Positions 48,766 through 59,947 are shown, counted from the stretch's first letter. The stretch is 64,000 nt of DNA from Bacteroidota bacterium (GCA_017860455.1 JAGDMF010000006.1:87028-151027); one strand, 5' to 3'. The notes: generated by a model from the letters alone, not told the origin. Numbers and translations are program-made.

Positions 48766-49164
48766 TTAACTGATGAAACAAATAACTTCGCCACCCACAT
48801 TTTGTTGTCTTGCTTCTTTATCGGTCATCATACCATGAGAGGTAGAAACGATAGCAATACCAAGGCCATTAAGAACGGAAGGCATATTTTCAACACCCAC
48901 ATATTTACGTAAACCTGGTTTACTAACGCGTTTCAATTCGCTAATAGCAGATTGTTTAGTAACTGGGTGATATTTAAGAGCTATTTTAATGATTCCTGGG
49001 TTAGTATCATCAATAAATTTATAATTAAGGATATACCCTTTATCGAATAAAATTTTTGTAATCTCTTTTTTGGTTTTAGAGGTAGGGATCTCTACCATTT
49101 TATGATTTGCCGCAATTGCGTTTCGCATACGGGTCAAATAATCTGAAATTGGATCTGTATTCAT
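48766..49164 (-). CDS. rpsH: 30S ribosomal protein S8
   Basis: Collinear S8 sequence. Confidence 0.97.
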   Translation of the reverse strand: MNTDPISDYLTRMRNAIAANHKMVEIPTSKTKKEITKILFDKGYILNYKFIDDTNPGIIKIALKYHPVTKQSAISELKRVSKPGLRKYVGVENMPSVLNGLGIAIVSTSHGMMTDKEARQQNVGGEVICFIS

Positions 49165-49189
49165 AACTTCTTCTCTTACTTTTTAAATG

Positions 49190-49489
49190 TTACCAACTTG
49201 CTTTTTTAACTCCGGGGATTAAACCAGCCAAGGCCATTTCTCTGAAGTTGATACGAGAGATACCGAATTGACGGATATAACCTTTAGGACGACCTGTTAG
49301 CATACAACGGTTGTGCATTCTAATAGGGTTTGAATTGGGTGGCAATTTTTGCATAGCAACAATCGCAGCTTGTTTAGCTTCATAATCATCACTATTGATG
49401 ATTTTCTTCAACTCAGCACGTTTAGCAGCATATTTTGCAGCCATTTTTGCTCTTTTAATTTCTCTTGCTTTTAACGATTCTTTTGCCAT
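49190..49489 (-). CDS. rpsN: 30S ribosomal protein S14
   Basis: Ends ...[34 protein letters not shown]. Confidence 0.95.
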   Translation of the reverse strand: MAKESLKAREIKRAKMAAKYAAKRAELKKIINSDDYEAKQAAIVAMQKLPPNSNPIRMHNRCMLTGRPKGYIRQFGISRINFREMALAGLIPGVKKASW

Positions 49490-49492
49490 GTT

Positions 49493-50047
49493 TTATTTTT
49501 GATTTTTAAATGGTAATCCAAATTGTTTTAATAATGCCAAGCACTCTTTATCATTATGTGCAGTGGTAACGAAAGTGATATCCATACCATTGATTTTTGC
49601 TACTTTATCAAGGTCGATTTCTGGGAATATAATTTGTTCAGGAACACCTAAAGTATAATTACCTCTACCATCGAATCCTTTATCGCTGATTCCTTTAAAA
49701 TCGCGGATACGAGGGATAGAAACAGAAACTAAACGATCTAAGAATTCGTACATTTTATCACCTCTTAGTGTAACGCGAACTCCGATAGGCATACCGCGTC
49801 TCAATTTGAAGTTAGAAATATCTTTTTTAGATTTAGTAGGAACAGCTTTTTGACCTGTAATAAGGGTCATTTCCTGAACACCAACATCTACTAATTTTTT
49901 GTCAGCGATTCCAAATTTTCCGAGTCCTTGGTTCAAACAAATTTTTGTAATTTTAGGTACTCTCATCACTGATTTGAAGCCAAACTGTTCTTTAAGAGCA
50001 GGAATAACTTCTTTATCGTATTTTTCTTTATATCTTGGCACGTACAT
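49493..50047 (-). CDS. rplE: 50S ribosomal protein L5
   Basis: Collinear L5 sequence. Confidence 0.97.
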   Translation of the reverse strand: MYVPRYKEKYDKEVIPALKEQFGFKSVMRVPKITKICLNQGLGKFGIADKKLVDVGVQEMTLITGQKAVPTKSKKDISNFKLRRGMPIGVRVTLRGDKMYEFLDRLVSVSIPRIRDFKGISDKGFDGRGNYTLGVPEQIIFPEIDLDKVAKINGMDITFVTTAHNDKECLALLKQFGLPFKNQK

Positions 50048-50361
50048 TACTTAATCTCCTCTCCTGATTTTTTTGAATATCTAACTAATTTACCTTTTTC
50101 GCCGATTCTTCTACCAATTTTAGTAGCTTTACCTTTGTTATCAACAACCATAAGGTTAGAGATATGGATAGAACCCTCTTTTTTAACGATTCCACCATTA
50201 GGGGTTTTGGCATTAGCTTTGGTATGTTTAGATACCAAATTTACTCCTTCTACTAAGGCTCTGTACTTGTCAACGATAACCTCCAGGACTTTTCCTTGTT
50301 GTCCTTTAGCATCGCCGGCTATAACTTTAACTGTGTCGCCTTTTTTAATGTGAATTTTCAT
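50047..50361 (-). CDS. rplX: 50S ribosomal protein L24
   Basis: KOW motif ([20 protein letters not shown]). Confidence 0.95.
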   Translation of the reverse strand: MKIHIKKGDTVKVIAGDAKGQQGKVLEVIVDKYRALVEGVNLVSKHTKANAKTPNGGIVKKEGSIHISNLMVVDNKGKATKIGRRIGEKGKLVRYSKKSGEEIK

Positions 50362-50412
50362 TTGCTTTGTTTTTTTAAATTTATCAATTGGTCTTTGTCA
50401 ATTGTTCCTTAA

Positions 50413-50781
50413 TTATAATACTTCGGGAGCCAAAGAAACAATTTTCATATATTGTTTCTCACGTAATTCACGGGCTACTGGTCCGAAGATACGGGTTCCG
50501 CGCATTTCTTCATTAGCATTAAGAAGAACTACAGCGTTATCATCAAATTTGATGTAAGAGCCATCATTACGACGTACATGTTTTTTAGTACGAACAACTA
50601 CGGCTTTGGAAACAGTACCTTTTTTTACATTTCCGGATGGGATTGCACTTTTAATAGTAACAATTACTTTATCACCAACGCCGGCATAGCGTTTTTTAGT
50701 TCCGCCAAGTACACGGATCACTAGGACTTCTTTAGCGCCACTGTTATCAGCAACGGCTAATCTTGATTCTTGTTGTACCAT
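50413..50781 (-). CDS. rplN: 50S ribosomal protein L14
   Basis: [17 protein letters not shown]... Confidence 0.97.
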   Translation of the reverse strand: MVQQESRLAVADNSGAKEVLVIRVLGGTKKRYAGVGDKVIVTIKSAIPSGNVKKGTVSKAVVVRTKKHVRRNDGSYIKFDDNAVVLLNANEEMRGTRIFGPVARELREKQYMKIVSLAPEVL

Positions 50782-50783
50782 AA

Positions 50784-51044
50784 TTATTTTGCTCTTTCAA
50801 TGATTTCTACTAATCTCCAGCATTTATTTTTGCTTAGAGGTCTGGTTTCCATTACTTTTACTTTGTCACCCATGTTGCATGAATTTTGTTCATCATGAGC
50901 CATTAATTTGGTAGTTCTTTTTAAGAATTTACCATATTTAGGGTGTTTTAGTTTACGTTCTACGCTAACAACGATAGATTTTTCCATCTTGTTGCTGGTA
51001 ACAAGACCCTCTCTTACTTTTCTTTTTTTTCTAACTTCTTCCAT
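50784..51044 (-). CDS. rpsQ: 30S ribosomal protein S17
   Basis: Collinear S17 sequence. Confidence 0.95.
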   Translation of the reverse strand: MEEVRKKRKVREGLVTSNKMEKSIVVSVERKLKHPKYGKFLKRTTKLMAHDEQNSCNMGDKVKVMETRPLSKNKCWRLVEIIERAK

Positions 51045-51055
51045 AATATCTAATG

Positions 51056-51250
51056 TTATGCGTTAATTTCACGTTTACGTAATTCTGTAAGCATTCTAGC
51101 TATTGTTCTTCTTTGTTCGGTAATCTTATTAGGATTTTCGATGGGGGAGATTGAGTGATTCAACACTAATTTTACAAGGTGTTGTCTCTCTTCCACTAAT
51201 CTTTCTTTTAATTCAGCAGTAGAAAGTTCTGCTACGACTTGCTGTTTCAT
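51056..51250 (-). CDS. rpmC: 50S ribosomal protein L29
   Basis: 64-aa L29-like sequence in the conserved operon position. Confidence 0.9.
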   Translation of the reverse strand: MKQQVVAELSTAELKERLVEERQHLVKLVLNHSISPIENPNKITEQRRTIARMLTELRKREINA

Positions 51251-51257
51251 CTTTCTA

Positions 51258-51683
51258 TTAAATTTCTTCTGAATAATCTCTTCTAACTACAAATTTGGTT
51301 TGAACAGGAAGTTTTTGAGCTCCTAAACGTAAAGCTTCTTTAGCTACTTCGTAAGGAACGCCTTCTGCTTCGAATAATATTCTGCCCGGACTTACTCTGG
51401 CAACAAAATATTCTGGAGATCCTTTACCTTTACCCATACGAACTTCGGCTGGTTTTTTGGTAACAGGTTTATCGGGGAATATGCGGATCCAAAGTTGTCC
51501 TTCACGTTTCATATAACGTGTAATAGCCTGACGAGCAGCTTCTATTTGACGACCTGTAATCCAATGTTCTTCAAGGGTCTTTATTGCGAAAGAACCGAAA
51601 GAGATCTCAGCGCCACGTTTGGTGATCGCTTTCATCCTACCCTTTTGGGGTCTTCTGTATTTGGTCTTTTTAGGTTGTAACAT
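51258..51683 (-). CDS. rplP: 50S ribosomal protein L16
   Basis: [19 protein letters not shown]... Confidence 0.97.
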   Translation of the reverse strand: MLQPKKTKYRRPQKGRMKAITKRGAEISFGSFAIKTLEEHWITGRQIEAARQAITRYMKREGQLWIRIFPDKPVTKKPAEVRMGKGKGSPEYFVARVSPGRILFEAEGVPYEVAKEALRLGAQKLPVQTKFVVRRDYSEEI

Positions 51684-51705
51684 TGTTATCTATTTTTGAC
51701 AATTA

Positions 51706-52434
51706 TTAATTCTTGTTATTATTTCTTCTTCCACCACCACGTTGAGTTCTTTTTGGTTGACCACCTTTTTGTTCTTTAGCTTCGGGTACAATGTTAAAAA
51801 GGTCTCTCTTACCATAAACTAAACCTTTACAGATCCATACTTTTAGACCGATACGGCCATAAGTTGTATGTGCTTCTGCGGTAGCATAGTCGATATCAGC
51901 TCTAAGGGTATGAAGTGGAGTTCTTCCTTCTTTGAAATGCTCACTTCTTGCCATTTCAGCACCACTTAAACGACCTGATACAGAAATTTTAATTCCTTCT
52001 GCATTTGAACGCATTGTAGCTGCGATAGCAGTTTTTACCGCTTTTCTATAAGAAACTCTACCTTCAATTTGTTTCGCAACATTTTGAGCAACAAGAACAG
52101 CTTCTAAATCAGGACGTTTCACTTCTGAAATGTTGATTTGAATATCCTTGTTTGTGATTTTCTTTAATTCTTCTTTTAGTTTGTCAACTTCTGCACCACC
52201 TTTACCGATAATTAAACCCGGACGAGCAGTGTTAATCGTAACTGTTACTAACTTTAGTGTTCTTTCAATGTAAATTTTTGCGATTCCGGCTTTGAACAAT
52301 CTCGCGTTCAAATAGCGTCTAATTTTGTCGTCTTCGACTAACTTACTGGCGAATTTTCTGCCGCCATACCAATTAGAATCCCATCCTCTGATAATTCCTA
52401 ATCTTAAACCTACCGGATTTACTTTTTGACCCAT
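51706..52434 (-). CDS. rpsC: 30S ribosomal protein S3
   Basis: [14 protein letters not shown]... with a basic C-terminal tail. Confidence 0.97.
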   Translation of the reverse strand: MGQKVNPVGLRLGIIRGWDSNWYGGRKFASKLVEDDKIRRYLNARLFKAGIAKIYIERTLKLVTVTINTARPGLIIGKGGAEVDKLKEELKKITNKDIQINISEVKRPDLEAVLVAQNVAKQIEGRVSYRKAVKTAIAATMRSNAEGIKISVSGRLSGAEMARSEHFKEGRTPLHTLRADIDYATAEAHTTYGRIGLKVWICKGLVYGKRDLFNIVPEAKEQKGGQPKRTQRGGGRRNNNKN

Positions 52435-52445
52435 AAATGATTTTT

Positions 52446-52856
52446 TTATTCGTTACTGTTATTTAATTTATCATCTATAATGATGGTAACGTGATTTGAA
52501 CGTTTTCTAACTCTGTTAGCTCTCCCTTGTGGAGCTGTTCTGATTCTCTTTAACATACGTCCACTATCAACTACGATAGATTTAACATATAATTGAGCAT
52601 CTTCCAAACGTTGACCTTCATTTTTAACTTGCCAGTTTGCTATTGCTGATTTTAAAAGCTTCAATAACTTCTCAGCTGATTCTTTTTGGCTAAATTTAAG
52701 AACGTTCATTGCATAGTCAACATTTTTACCTCTAATTACGTCTGCCATGATTCTGGTTTTTCTTGGAGAGGTAGGATTGTCAACTAAACGTGCCATATAA
52801 ACACTTTTTTTTGCTTCTTTACGCGCTTCTGCCGCTAATCTTTTTCTTGCACCCAT
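52446..52856 (-). CDS. rplV: 50S ribosomal protein L22
   Basis: ...[18 protein letters not shown]... Confidence 0.95.
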   Translation of the reverse strand: MGARKRLAAEARKEAKKSVYMARLVDNPTSPRKTRIMADVIRGKNVDYAMNVLKFSQKESAEKLLKLLKSAIANWQVKNEGQRLEDAQLYVKSIVVDSGRMLKRIRTAPQGRANRVRKRSNHVTIIIDDKLNNSNE

Positions 52857-52951
52857 TGTATTTTAGTTTAATTTTGCCAATAAAATAATTGATTGACAGA
52901 GGTTTAAGCATTTTTTTTGTCTAAATCACTCCTTTTCAATCAAATTGGCGG

Positions 52952-52959
52952 CAAAAATA
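52952..52959 (-). promoter_or_regulatory. Bacteroidota -7 promoter box, candidate promoter of the rplV-rpsE block
   Basis: Plus strand reads CAAAAATA, ~95 nt upstream of the rplV ATG. Confidence 0.4.
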
Positions 52960-53131
52960 GAGATTTTTTTAATACAAAAATCACTTTTTACAATTTTTTT
53001 TTAAAAAAATGTGATTTTATTGATTTTCTTGCAGATAACATCTCTTGGAAGTGTATTTATCAACAAGCTATTGTTAACCTTTTTCAGATGACAACTATAA
53101 TTTTGGAAATAAAATAAGCACTTATTGTATT

Positions 53132-53863
53132 TTAGAATGGAGATATGGTGATCCCTATACTCATAGGAGCAATTTGGGGACCTTTTCCATCTACAAATAG
53201 CTTTGTTAGCTGATAACTATAGAACAAATCTAACCCCTTCCAACCGATTCTGGCATAAAAATCGAAGTGGTAATTAATTTTATTGAAGATTTGATAATTG
53301 GTAAAATTAACATTTTGGTCTCTACCTGTCAGATCTTGTCCATCATATCTTTGATTCAAATTCAATATGTAACCTAATCTTGCTCCCACAGACACTTTAA
53401 AGCCACTGGAGTGACGATATCTGAATTCTAATGGCAAATACAAGCTAACCATATTAAGTCGGCACGTATTGATTGAATCAGTGTAAGTGATAATTTTATA
53501 AACTGTATTTCCGGTAGGGTTATCGTATCCTAAAATAGCATCAGAATTTTGGGTGTGGTACATCACACCTCCACCAATTCCAAAAGAGAATGGACTTTTA
53601 GGTCCTCTTTTAATATCCCATAAAATGGAAGTGTTAATTCCAGGATTAAATTTCATAGAACTCACATTGGAAGGCATTCCCAACCAGAAACTTTGATATA
53701 CATCAATCAACAATCTATCTCTAAAAACCTCCACTGATCTGTTTTTGTTTTTAGCATCTTTATCTTTGTTTTCATAATTGTTTTTATCTAAAACATTTTG
53801 AGCCACAACTAGTTGTCCTAACCCTAAAAGAATAATTGTGATGATAAGTCCTGTTTTTTTCAT
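53132..53863 (-). CDS. outer-membrane beta-barrel protein (porin-family-like)
   Basis: Signal peptide MKKTGLIITIILLGLGQLVVAQ, alternating beta-strand pattern, and a C-terminal ...GITISPF. The start was set at 53863, downstream of the -7 box at 53882-53889. Confidence 0.6.
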   Translation of the reverse strand: MKKTGLIITIILLGLGQLVVAQNVLDKNNYENKDKDAKNKNRSVEVFRDRLLIDVYQSFWLGMPSNVSSMKFNPGINTSILWDIKRGPKSPFSFGIGGGVMYHTQNSDAILGYDNPTGNTVYKIITYTDSINTCRLNMVSLYLPLEFRYRHSSGFKVSVGARLGYILNLNQRYDGQDLTGRDQNVNFTNYQIFNKINYHFDFYARIGWKGLDLFYSYQLTKLFVDGKGPQIAPMSIGITISPF

Positions 53864-53881
53864 TGAATTTATTTTGAATTG

Positions 53882-53889
53882 CAAAGATA
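53882..53889 (-). promoter_or_regulatory. Bacteroidota -7 promoter box
   Basis: Plus strand reads CAAAGATA, 19 nt upstream of the ATG at 53863. Confidence 0.5.
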
Positions 53890-53953
53890 CAATTTTAATT
53901 AATAAAGTTAAATAGGGTAATTTTTTTTGATTAATGCCCAAAACTACCTGAAA

Positions 53954-54532
53954 TTATTTCCTATAAACGCCCATATCTTCAATATATTGTTGCACTTTTT
54001 CAGGCAATAGATAATGAATTTTTTTCCCTTCTTTTATAGCATTGCGGATTTGAGTTGCTGAGATCTCCATCATGGGAGCATTAATAAATGTTACATGAGG
54101 ATGATTTTTTAGTTCACCACCTTGACAACCCGGTCTTGGATAAACCATAATTTGAAAATTTTCTAAAATATACTCGTAATTGCGCCATTTGTAAAAATTT
54201 TGAAGGTTATCTTCCCCCATTAAAATCAGAAATTGGTGTTCAGGATATAATTCCGTTAATTTAGCTAATGTAATAGCAGTAAAGGAAGGAATAGGAAGTT
54301 TGAATTCAATGTCACATACTTTAAATCTGGGATCATCTTCAATGGCAATCTGGGTCATATAATAGCGCTGTGCACTATTCAACAACGTTTCTTTTTTCTT
54401 TAGAGGATTTGAAGGTGAAATTACAAACCATAAATCATCCACATCACTGTTTTCTACCACATATTCAGCAATGATTAAATGGCCAATATGAATGGGATTA
54501 AAAGATCCGAAATAGAGTGCTGTTTTTTTCAT
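53954..54532 (-). CDS. nadD: nicotinate-nucleotide adenylyltransferase
   Basis: GSFNPIHIGHL (HxGH) and ISATQIR motifs. Confidence 0.9.
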   Translation of the reverse strand: MKKTALYFGSFNPIHIGHLIIAEYVVENSDVDDLWFVISPSNPLKKKETLLNSAQRYYMTQIAIEDDPRFKVCDIEFKLPIPSFTAITLAKLTELYPEHQFLILMGEDNLQNFYKWRNYEYILENFQIMVYPRPGCQGGELKNHPHVTFINAPMMEISATQIRNAIKEGKKIHYLLPEKVQQYIEDMGVYRK

Positions 54533-55095
54533 CAGGCAATAAAATTCTGAATAATCAATCGGGCTTCTTCTTTCGCTTCTTCAATATTATCATTAATAAT
54601 GGTGATATCAAACTGATCTTCAAAGGTAAGTTCATATTCCGCTTTTCCGATACGGGTATTTAACGTTTCCTCTGATTCTGTATTTCTTATTTTGAGTCTT
54701 TCCTTTAGAACCTCAATAGAAGGTGGTTTTACAAAAATAGCTAAGGCTTGAACTCCATAATTTTTTTTAATATTTAGAGCTCCTTTGACATCAATATCAA
54801 AGAGAATATTTTTACCAAGAGACAATTCTCTATCCACTTCAGATTTTAGAGTTCCGTAATAATTACCTGAATACACTTCTTCCCATTCAAGAAAACAATT
54901 TTGAGTTATTTTATTTTTAAAATTTTCTAAAGAGAGGAAAAAATAATCTTCACCATCCACTTCATTATCTCGTTTAGGACGGGTGGTAGCAGATATGGAA
55001 AAACTAAGATTTAAGCCTAATTCTAAGAGATATTTAACAATAGTGGTTTTGCCAGAACCTGATGGAGCCGCAAAAATGATCAATTTTCCTTGCAT
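54532..55095 (-). CDS. gmk: guanylate kinase
   Basis: P-loop APSGSGKTT, ...TTRPKR..E..G.DYFF. Confidence 0.9.
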   Translation of the reverse strand: MQGKLIIFAAPSGSGKTTIVKYLLELGLNLSFSISATTRPKRDNEVDGEDYFFLSLENFKNKITQNCFLEWEEVYSGNYYGTLKSEVDRELSLGKNILFDIDVKGALNIKKNYGVQALAIFVKPPSIEVLKERLKIRNTESEETLNTRIGKAEYELTFEDQFDITIINDNIEEAKEEARLIIQNFIA

Positions 55096-55109
55096 TATAA
55101 TATTTTTTG

Positions 55110-55117
55110 CAAAAATA
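55110..55117 (-). promoter_or_regulatory. Bacteroidota -7 promoter box
   Basis: Plus strand reads CAAAAATA, 15 nt upstream of the gmk ATG. Confidence 0.5.
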
Positions 55118-55135
55118 CTAAAAATTGTATCCGGA

Positions 55136-55819
55136 TTAAAATGCCAGAATACCTATTCCTAATTTAGTTCCAAAGAAATAAGTTCCAAAAATCCTATTTT
55201 TAGCAAAATTATCAATAGAACTTGGAGACAATCCCAGTTCCAGTGTTTCATACTCATCCATTTCAATAAAACAACCTGAGGTTGTTCCGCCAATAGCCAC
55301 AGACCAAGTTAGTCTAAGTATATCAAAAAGCAGATAATTATATCCTAATTCGAGTTGAAATGCATAAGTTCCTCCGTTTCCATTGTTATAAATATCTGAT
55401 GTATAATTATAAAATAATTTATAGGCACTTAGCATTATATATGTTCCATAAGGGGCATAGGAAGTGGAGAAATTATCAAAATATTTTTTATAATGAATTC
55501 CAACACCTTGGATAAATAAATCAGGATAAAGAATAGAATGAGGAAAAAGATCTGTAGTGGTATTGAATTGAGTTTTACTATACACATAAGATGCACTTAT
55601 GGTTCTTTTCTTTCCAACAATATATTCAAAGCCGGGTTCAAATCTGCAATTAAAGTACAAGAAACCACTATTTCCATCAAAATTGGGAGCAAAATAGGAA
55701 GGTGAAAATGTACAATCCAAATTGAAAAGAGCTCTTTTTCCTAAGTGACCTTTACTTTGAGCATTGGCGTGTAGACAAAAGAATCCCAAAACAACAAATA
55801 AAACTATTTTAGATCTCAT
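55136..55819 (-). CDS. hypothetical outer-membrane beta-barrel-like protein
   Basis: Signal peptide, aromatic-rich alternating pattern, and a terminal ...GIGILAF. Its start overlaps the upstream stop (ATGA). Confidence 0.5.
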   Translation of the reverse strand: MRSKIVLFVVLGFFCLHANAQSKGHLGKRALFNLDCTFSPSYFAPNFDGNSGFLYFNCRFEPGFEYIVGKKRTISASYVYSKTQFNTTTDLFPHSILYPDLFIQGVGIHYKKYFDNFSTSYAPYGTYIMLSAYKLFYNYTSDIYNNGNGGTYAFQLELGYNYLLFDILRLTWSVAIGGTTSGCFIEMDEYETLELGLSPSSIDNFAKNRIFGTYFFGTKLGIGILAF

Positions 55820-57996
55820 TTCTTTTCTCCTTTCTTTAAATTGTGAAAAATTGAATAAATATAATTGTTGATAAATGCGTGATTATTGTACCCATTAACT
55901 TGTTCGTCATAAAAAATCTGATCGCCTGTTTTAGTATTCAAAATGGAAACACCCACCCAACAACTTCGATTAGGTGCAAAAATATGAACTAAAGTAACCG
56001 GTGCAATAAAGGGAACTAATGGTGCAACCAGTATGATTTCAATCCTCCCAGAAGTAAAGTCACGGGGAGCAATAATCGCATCCACAAATGAAATATAGGA
56101 CGTTCCAAAATAGTCTAAGGTTTTTTGAATATATGCACCTGTGTAATTGACCATTTTTACATCCTCAGCATAATTACGATCATAATTCAGAGATTGCATA
56201 TTGCAATAGTGATTATATTGCTCCGTATCGAAATTATTAAAACTTGAATTATCCATAACTGTAATAGCAACACTAGTTTCTTTTGTAATCGCAGTCATTG
56301 CATTTTTGAGTCTTTGAGGTTTATTTGAATAATCATTATACCCTTTAACAATATATAAATTTGGATTCCAAACTAATATTTTCTGGCAATCTTGAAGTTT
56401 TTTATTTATGAGTTCTTCTTCAGTTGTGTCACCCTCCGGTTGATATTTGTTTTTCTGAATAGCTATCCATTGCACAAATTGTGGATCAGTTAAAAGCTCT
56501 TTTAGCATTTTGTATTGGAGTACATCACTTTCATTAAACTTTAATGTTGGTTTTTTTGCATATTGAAATTGTGATTCAACCCCTTTCTTTTTAGGTTCTT
56601 CATAAAGTTGACCCTGAGGTGCTCTGTTTTCAGTTCGTTGAGACTCTTCAGTTTCATCATCTTCAACAGTAACCTCTTTAATTTTAATATTGACATCAAC
56701 AGAATCGATATTAAAACCAGGGTCTAACATGGCCATAATATGTTCCTTATTAAATAAAAAAGTGGAAATATCTTCAGCTATTTGATAAAAATATGGATTA
56801 TCGGGAAATTGTTGACTATTTTTCCATGCAAATCTAAGAGCCAAAATGGAGAGCTCCTCCTTTTTAATTTTCTTAAAGAAATAGTTAGTTTGTTGAATTT
56901 CCCCTTCATTGAGTTTGTAATCTGTCACTACATCGGAAAAACTGGAATATTGTTTATGTCTGCTAATACCGTACAACGATGCAACTAAAAACGACTGAAG
57001 GGTTTCACTCTCCGGATATTTTTGAAGCATAATAAAGGTATTATAAAAAGCATTTCCATAATCGTGAACTATGAGTAGTTTTCTGATCGCTTCACATCGT
57101 GCAATATCTCTGATTTTGTAGAAAAGTTCTTCAGATTGAATAAAAGTGGCACCGGGATCCCCTTCAAATTTTGAAACTAAATTATCAATCACGATTCTTC
57201 TTTTTGCAATATTGGGATGTGTGCTTAGAGTATCAATATAATCCTCTCTACTTCTAATGGGTGTCAGGTTGACTAAAAAATACTCCTTAGGAAATGAATA
57301 ATATTTATTTTCGACAAAAGATTTATTAAAAGTTATTTCATCAAAAGGAAGGTATGAGTATAATAACACATCAAAAACACCATCAACCGCATTTACATCA
57401 TAGCCACTATTTTTATAAAACTTTTCAAAACCCACTTTATCTGATTCAAACTCATGTTCTCTGGATCTATAGTGATAAGACATAAACTGATCTTTATAAA
57501 CATCTTTTGTTGATTGTGTTTTATCATTCTTTTTGGATCTTTTTTTCTCCGTTTTTCGTTTTTCGGAGTGTTTATTAACAATATGGATCATCTCATGAGA
57601 GAGAATAAAAGCCAGTTCACTTTCATTTTGAACTTGTGCTAACAATCCGGTATTGACAATTATTATAAAATCATCAAAAGCCATAGCATTGACTACCGGT
57701 GAGTTATAAATATAAACCCTCATTTTTTTTCTAATTTCAGGTTCATCTTTCAAAATAAGATCCATGATATGATCTAAATAATCATTCAATTCAGTTCCAT
57801 ACAAAATAAACCCACTTTTAAATAAATATTGCAGTGTTGTATTTTCGTATTTAGAATTGTTAATATATTTTGAAAAATCTTTGGGGATGGGTCCTTTTGA
57901 CTCTAATCTTGGAAAGTCGTTATTAAAATTTTGTGTATAACTATAACTAAAAGTTAAGATCAAAAAATGAATTAAAATAAAAATCTTCAATTTCAT
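55816..57996 (-). CDS. M48-family-like zinc metallopeptidase
   Basis: Signal peptide plus HEMIHIVNKH (HExxH) in the N-terminal third. 726 aa. Confidence 0.65.
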   Translation of the reverse strand: MKLKIFILIHFLILTFSYSYTQNFNNDFPRLESKGPIPKDFSKYINNSKYENTTLQYLFKSGFILYGTELNDYLDHIMDLILKDEPEIRKKMRVYIYNSPVVNAMAFDDFIIIVNTGLLAQVQNESELAFILSHEMIHIVNKHSEKRKTEKKRSKKNDKTQSTKDVYKDQFMSYHYRSREHEFESDKVGFEKFYKNSGYDVNAVDGVFDVLLYSYLPFDEITFNKSFVENKYYSFPKEYFLVNLTPIRSREDYIDTLSTHPNIAKRRIVIDNLVSKFEGDPGATFIQSEELFYKIRDIARCEAIRKLLIVHDYGNAFYNTFIMLQKYPESETLQSFLVASLYGISRHKQYSSFSDVVTDYKLNEGEIQQTNYFFKKIKKEELSILALRFAWKNSQQFPDNPYFYQIAEDISTFLFNKEHIMAMLDPGFNIDSVDVNIKIKEVTVEDDETEESQRTENRAPQGQLYEEPKKKGVESQFQYAKKPTLKFNESDVLQYKMLKELLTDPQFVQWIAIQKNKYQPEGDTTEEELINKKLQDCQKILVWNPNLYIVKGYNDYSNKPQRLKNAMTAITKETSVAITVMDNSSFNNFDTEQYNHYCNMQSLNYDRNYAEDVKMVNYTGAYIQKTLDYFGTSYISFVDAIIAPRDFTSGRIEIILVAPLVPFIAPVTLVHIFAPNRSCWVGVSILNTKTGDQIFYDEQVNGYNNHAFINNYIYSIFHNLKKGEKK

Positions 57997-58005
57997 AATG
58001 TGTTT

Positions 58006-58506
58006 TTAATATTTATATTTTCCATTTATATCTGCAACAAAGGTAAATCCTTCATCTGTAATAACATAAGTTAACATGATTTCTGTAATATTTAATAAAT
58101 AATAATCTTCATTTACTAGAATTCCAGCACAAAAATTAGGAGTTGCATATCCATATTCATCAAAATTAATTGGGGGTAATTGATTCACACTAACCCCCTG
58201 GTTGATTTTGGATTTCAATTGTTCAACGGTAGAAATATTATCATATTCCGATAGATCAAATACCACCACTTTAGTAGCATATTCATTATAAAAAACGAGC
58301 CCGTCATCAACCATATTTGATCGGGTAACAAGTCCAAAATTGGATAAATAATTAGAAGCTAGAGGAGGAACAGTTGTTCTAAAGACTTCAGATTCTTTTA
58401 AAAGTTCCTTTTCACAACTCAAAAAAGTAATCGAAATAAAAACGAAAAGTAATAATGATGAACAATATGTAATCTTTCTTTTCCATTTATAAATTTGCAA
58501 ATTCAT
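58006..58506 (-). CDS. hypothetical lipoprotein
   Basis: 166-aa ORF with FLSC lipobox. Confidence 0.45.
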   Translation of the reverse strand: MNLQIYKWKRKITYCSSLLLFVFISITFLSCEKELLKESEVFRTTVPPLASNYLSNFGLVTRSNMVDDGLVFYNEYATKVVVFDLSEYDNISTVEQLKSKINQGVSVNQLPPINFDEYGYATPNFCAGILVNEDYYLLNITEIMLTYVITDEGFTFVADINGKYKY

Positions 58507-58572
58507 AGGCCAAAATTTTGATTGAAAATGGTTATCTGTTGATGGAACAAAAGTATAAAAAAAAATCAGAAA

Positions 58573-59610
58573 TTACAATGACCCCATTATTTTCCAATAT
58601 CCGGTTTTATCGCTTCCTATTCTTTCAATTAAGCCGCGATCTTTCAATAGTTTAATTCTTCTTTTGGCAGTACTTAAACTAATATTTAAAAAGGTGCTGA
58701 TTTCAATTGCTGTTATTTGATTGTTTTCTTTTATCAAAGAAAATAGAGGTTCATTTACAGTGTCATTTTTAAGTTTTACAGTGTCATTTTGATAATGATT
58801 AAAATGAATATGTAATTCTCTATTTTTAAGAATATTATTTTCATGAAGGAGTAAGTTCCTCAAAAAACGGATAAGATAGATCTCGTTTTTATAAATATTT
58901 TTTGATAAATCTTCATAATTTGCTCTTACTAATGCATTTCGAAAAAACCATGAATAGGAAGCAAACATTTCATTATTAACATCTTTATAACCCAGTTTTC
59001 TTAAATATTTGATTAGGAAAATTGCAGTTGTTCTGGTATTTCCTTCACCAAAAACATGAATTTGCCATAGATAAGAGATAAAATGTGCTAAATGTTCAAT
59101 AATTTCAAATTGATTTAGACCTCTATAGTTAAATTGTTTCTCTTGTTTAAAGTCGAATTCTAAAGTAGCATTAAGACTTTCAGCTGTAGCATACAAAACG
59201 GTTTCCCCATTTAAAACCCATTCTTGTTTTGTAATATTATAATCTCTGATTTTTCCTGCATGGTTATAAATATCCTTAAACAATCTTCTGTGAATCGTCA
59301 GATATTCCGATGGTGAAAAAGTAAATGTTTTTTCACTCAAAATTTCAGTAATCCGAGCAGATACTTTATCAGCTTCTTCTGTTCTGTTTTCATTATCAGT
59401 TGATGGGTGTTGCTTATAGTAACTTTCTATTCTTAGTTTTACTTCCTGAATTGAAATTTCTCCTTCAATATTTTGTTTGGCAGTTTCAATGAGATAACCA
59501 GAGGGTTTTAAACCATCTATTTGTTGTAATCCAATTGCGGTTTTCCAGTCTTTAGCTTTTTCCGCTTTGCTTGGTTCCCCTTGTCTCAAATATTCATCAA
59601 AGTTATTCAT
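58573..59610 (-). CDS. Fic/DOC family protein with VbhA-like N-terminal segment and C-terminal wHTH
   Basis: Fic motif variant HVFGEGNTRTTA, N-terminal WKTAIGLQQIDGLKPSGYL...NIEGEISI, and C-terminal LSTAKRRIKLLKDRGLIERIGSDKTGYWKI. Confidence 0.85.
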   Translation of the reverse strand: MNNFDEYLRQGEPSKAEKAKDWKTAIGLQQIDGLKPSGYLIETAKQNIEGEISIQEVKLRIESYYKQHPSTDNENRTEEADKVSARITEILSEKTFTFSPSEYLTIHRRLFKDIYNHAGKIRDYNITKQEWVLNGETVLYATAESLNATLEFDFKQEKQFNYRGLNQFEIIEHLAHFISYLWQIHVFGEGNTRTTAIFLIKYLRKLGYKDVNNEMFASYSWFFRNALVRANYEDLSKNIYKNEIYLIRFLRNLLLHENNILKNRELHIHFNHYQNDTVKLKNDTVNEPLFSLIKENNQITAIEISTFLNISLSTAKRRIKLLKDRGLIERIGSDKTGYWKIMGSL

Positions 59611-59666
59611 TGTATAGATGTTGCGTTAGTATTTTTTCAGATTTATTTTTAGTTTTAATGATATTG

Positions 59667-59674
59667 CAAATATA
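59667..59674 (-). promoter_or_regulatory. Bacteroidota -7 promoter box for the Fic gene
   Basis: Plus strand reads CAAATATA. Confidence 0.45.
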
Positions 59675-59748
59675 GAAAATTGTTTCAAATATTTTATAAT
59701 GCTACATTACATTTTTCATTTTTTTATTATTTAATTCAATTATTTGAT

Positions 59749-59756
59749 TATATTTG
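59749..59756 (+). promoter_or_regulatory. Bacteroidota -7 promoter box
   Basis: TATATTTG lies 36 nt upstream of the ATG at 59792. Confidence 0.45.
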
Positions 59757-59791
59757 CAGAAAAATCAAGACTCATAAAAAACAGAAAAAAA

Positions 59792-59947
59792 ATGAATTAT
59801 TACACCCTGCCTTTAGTCGTTGTAGCTTTAGGAAGTAGAATAAAAACTGTGTTCAATGCTATTAAAGCCAAAGAAAATATTTCGATGGAAGTTGTACTAT
59901 TTATAATCGTACTTAGCTTGAGTGTTTTTGTACTTTTATATCCATAA
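59792..59947 (+). CDS. small hypothetical membrane protein (51 aa)
   Basis: MNYYTLPLVVVALGS... has two hydrophobic segments. The start was moved to the first ATG after the -7 box. Confidence 0.35.
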   Translation: MNYYTLPLVVVALGSRIKTVFNAIKAKENISMEVVLFIIVLSLSVFVLLYP

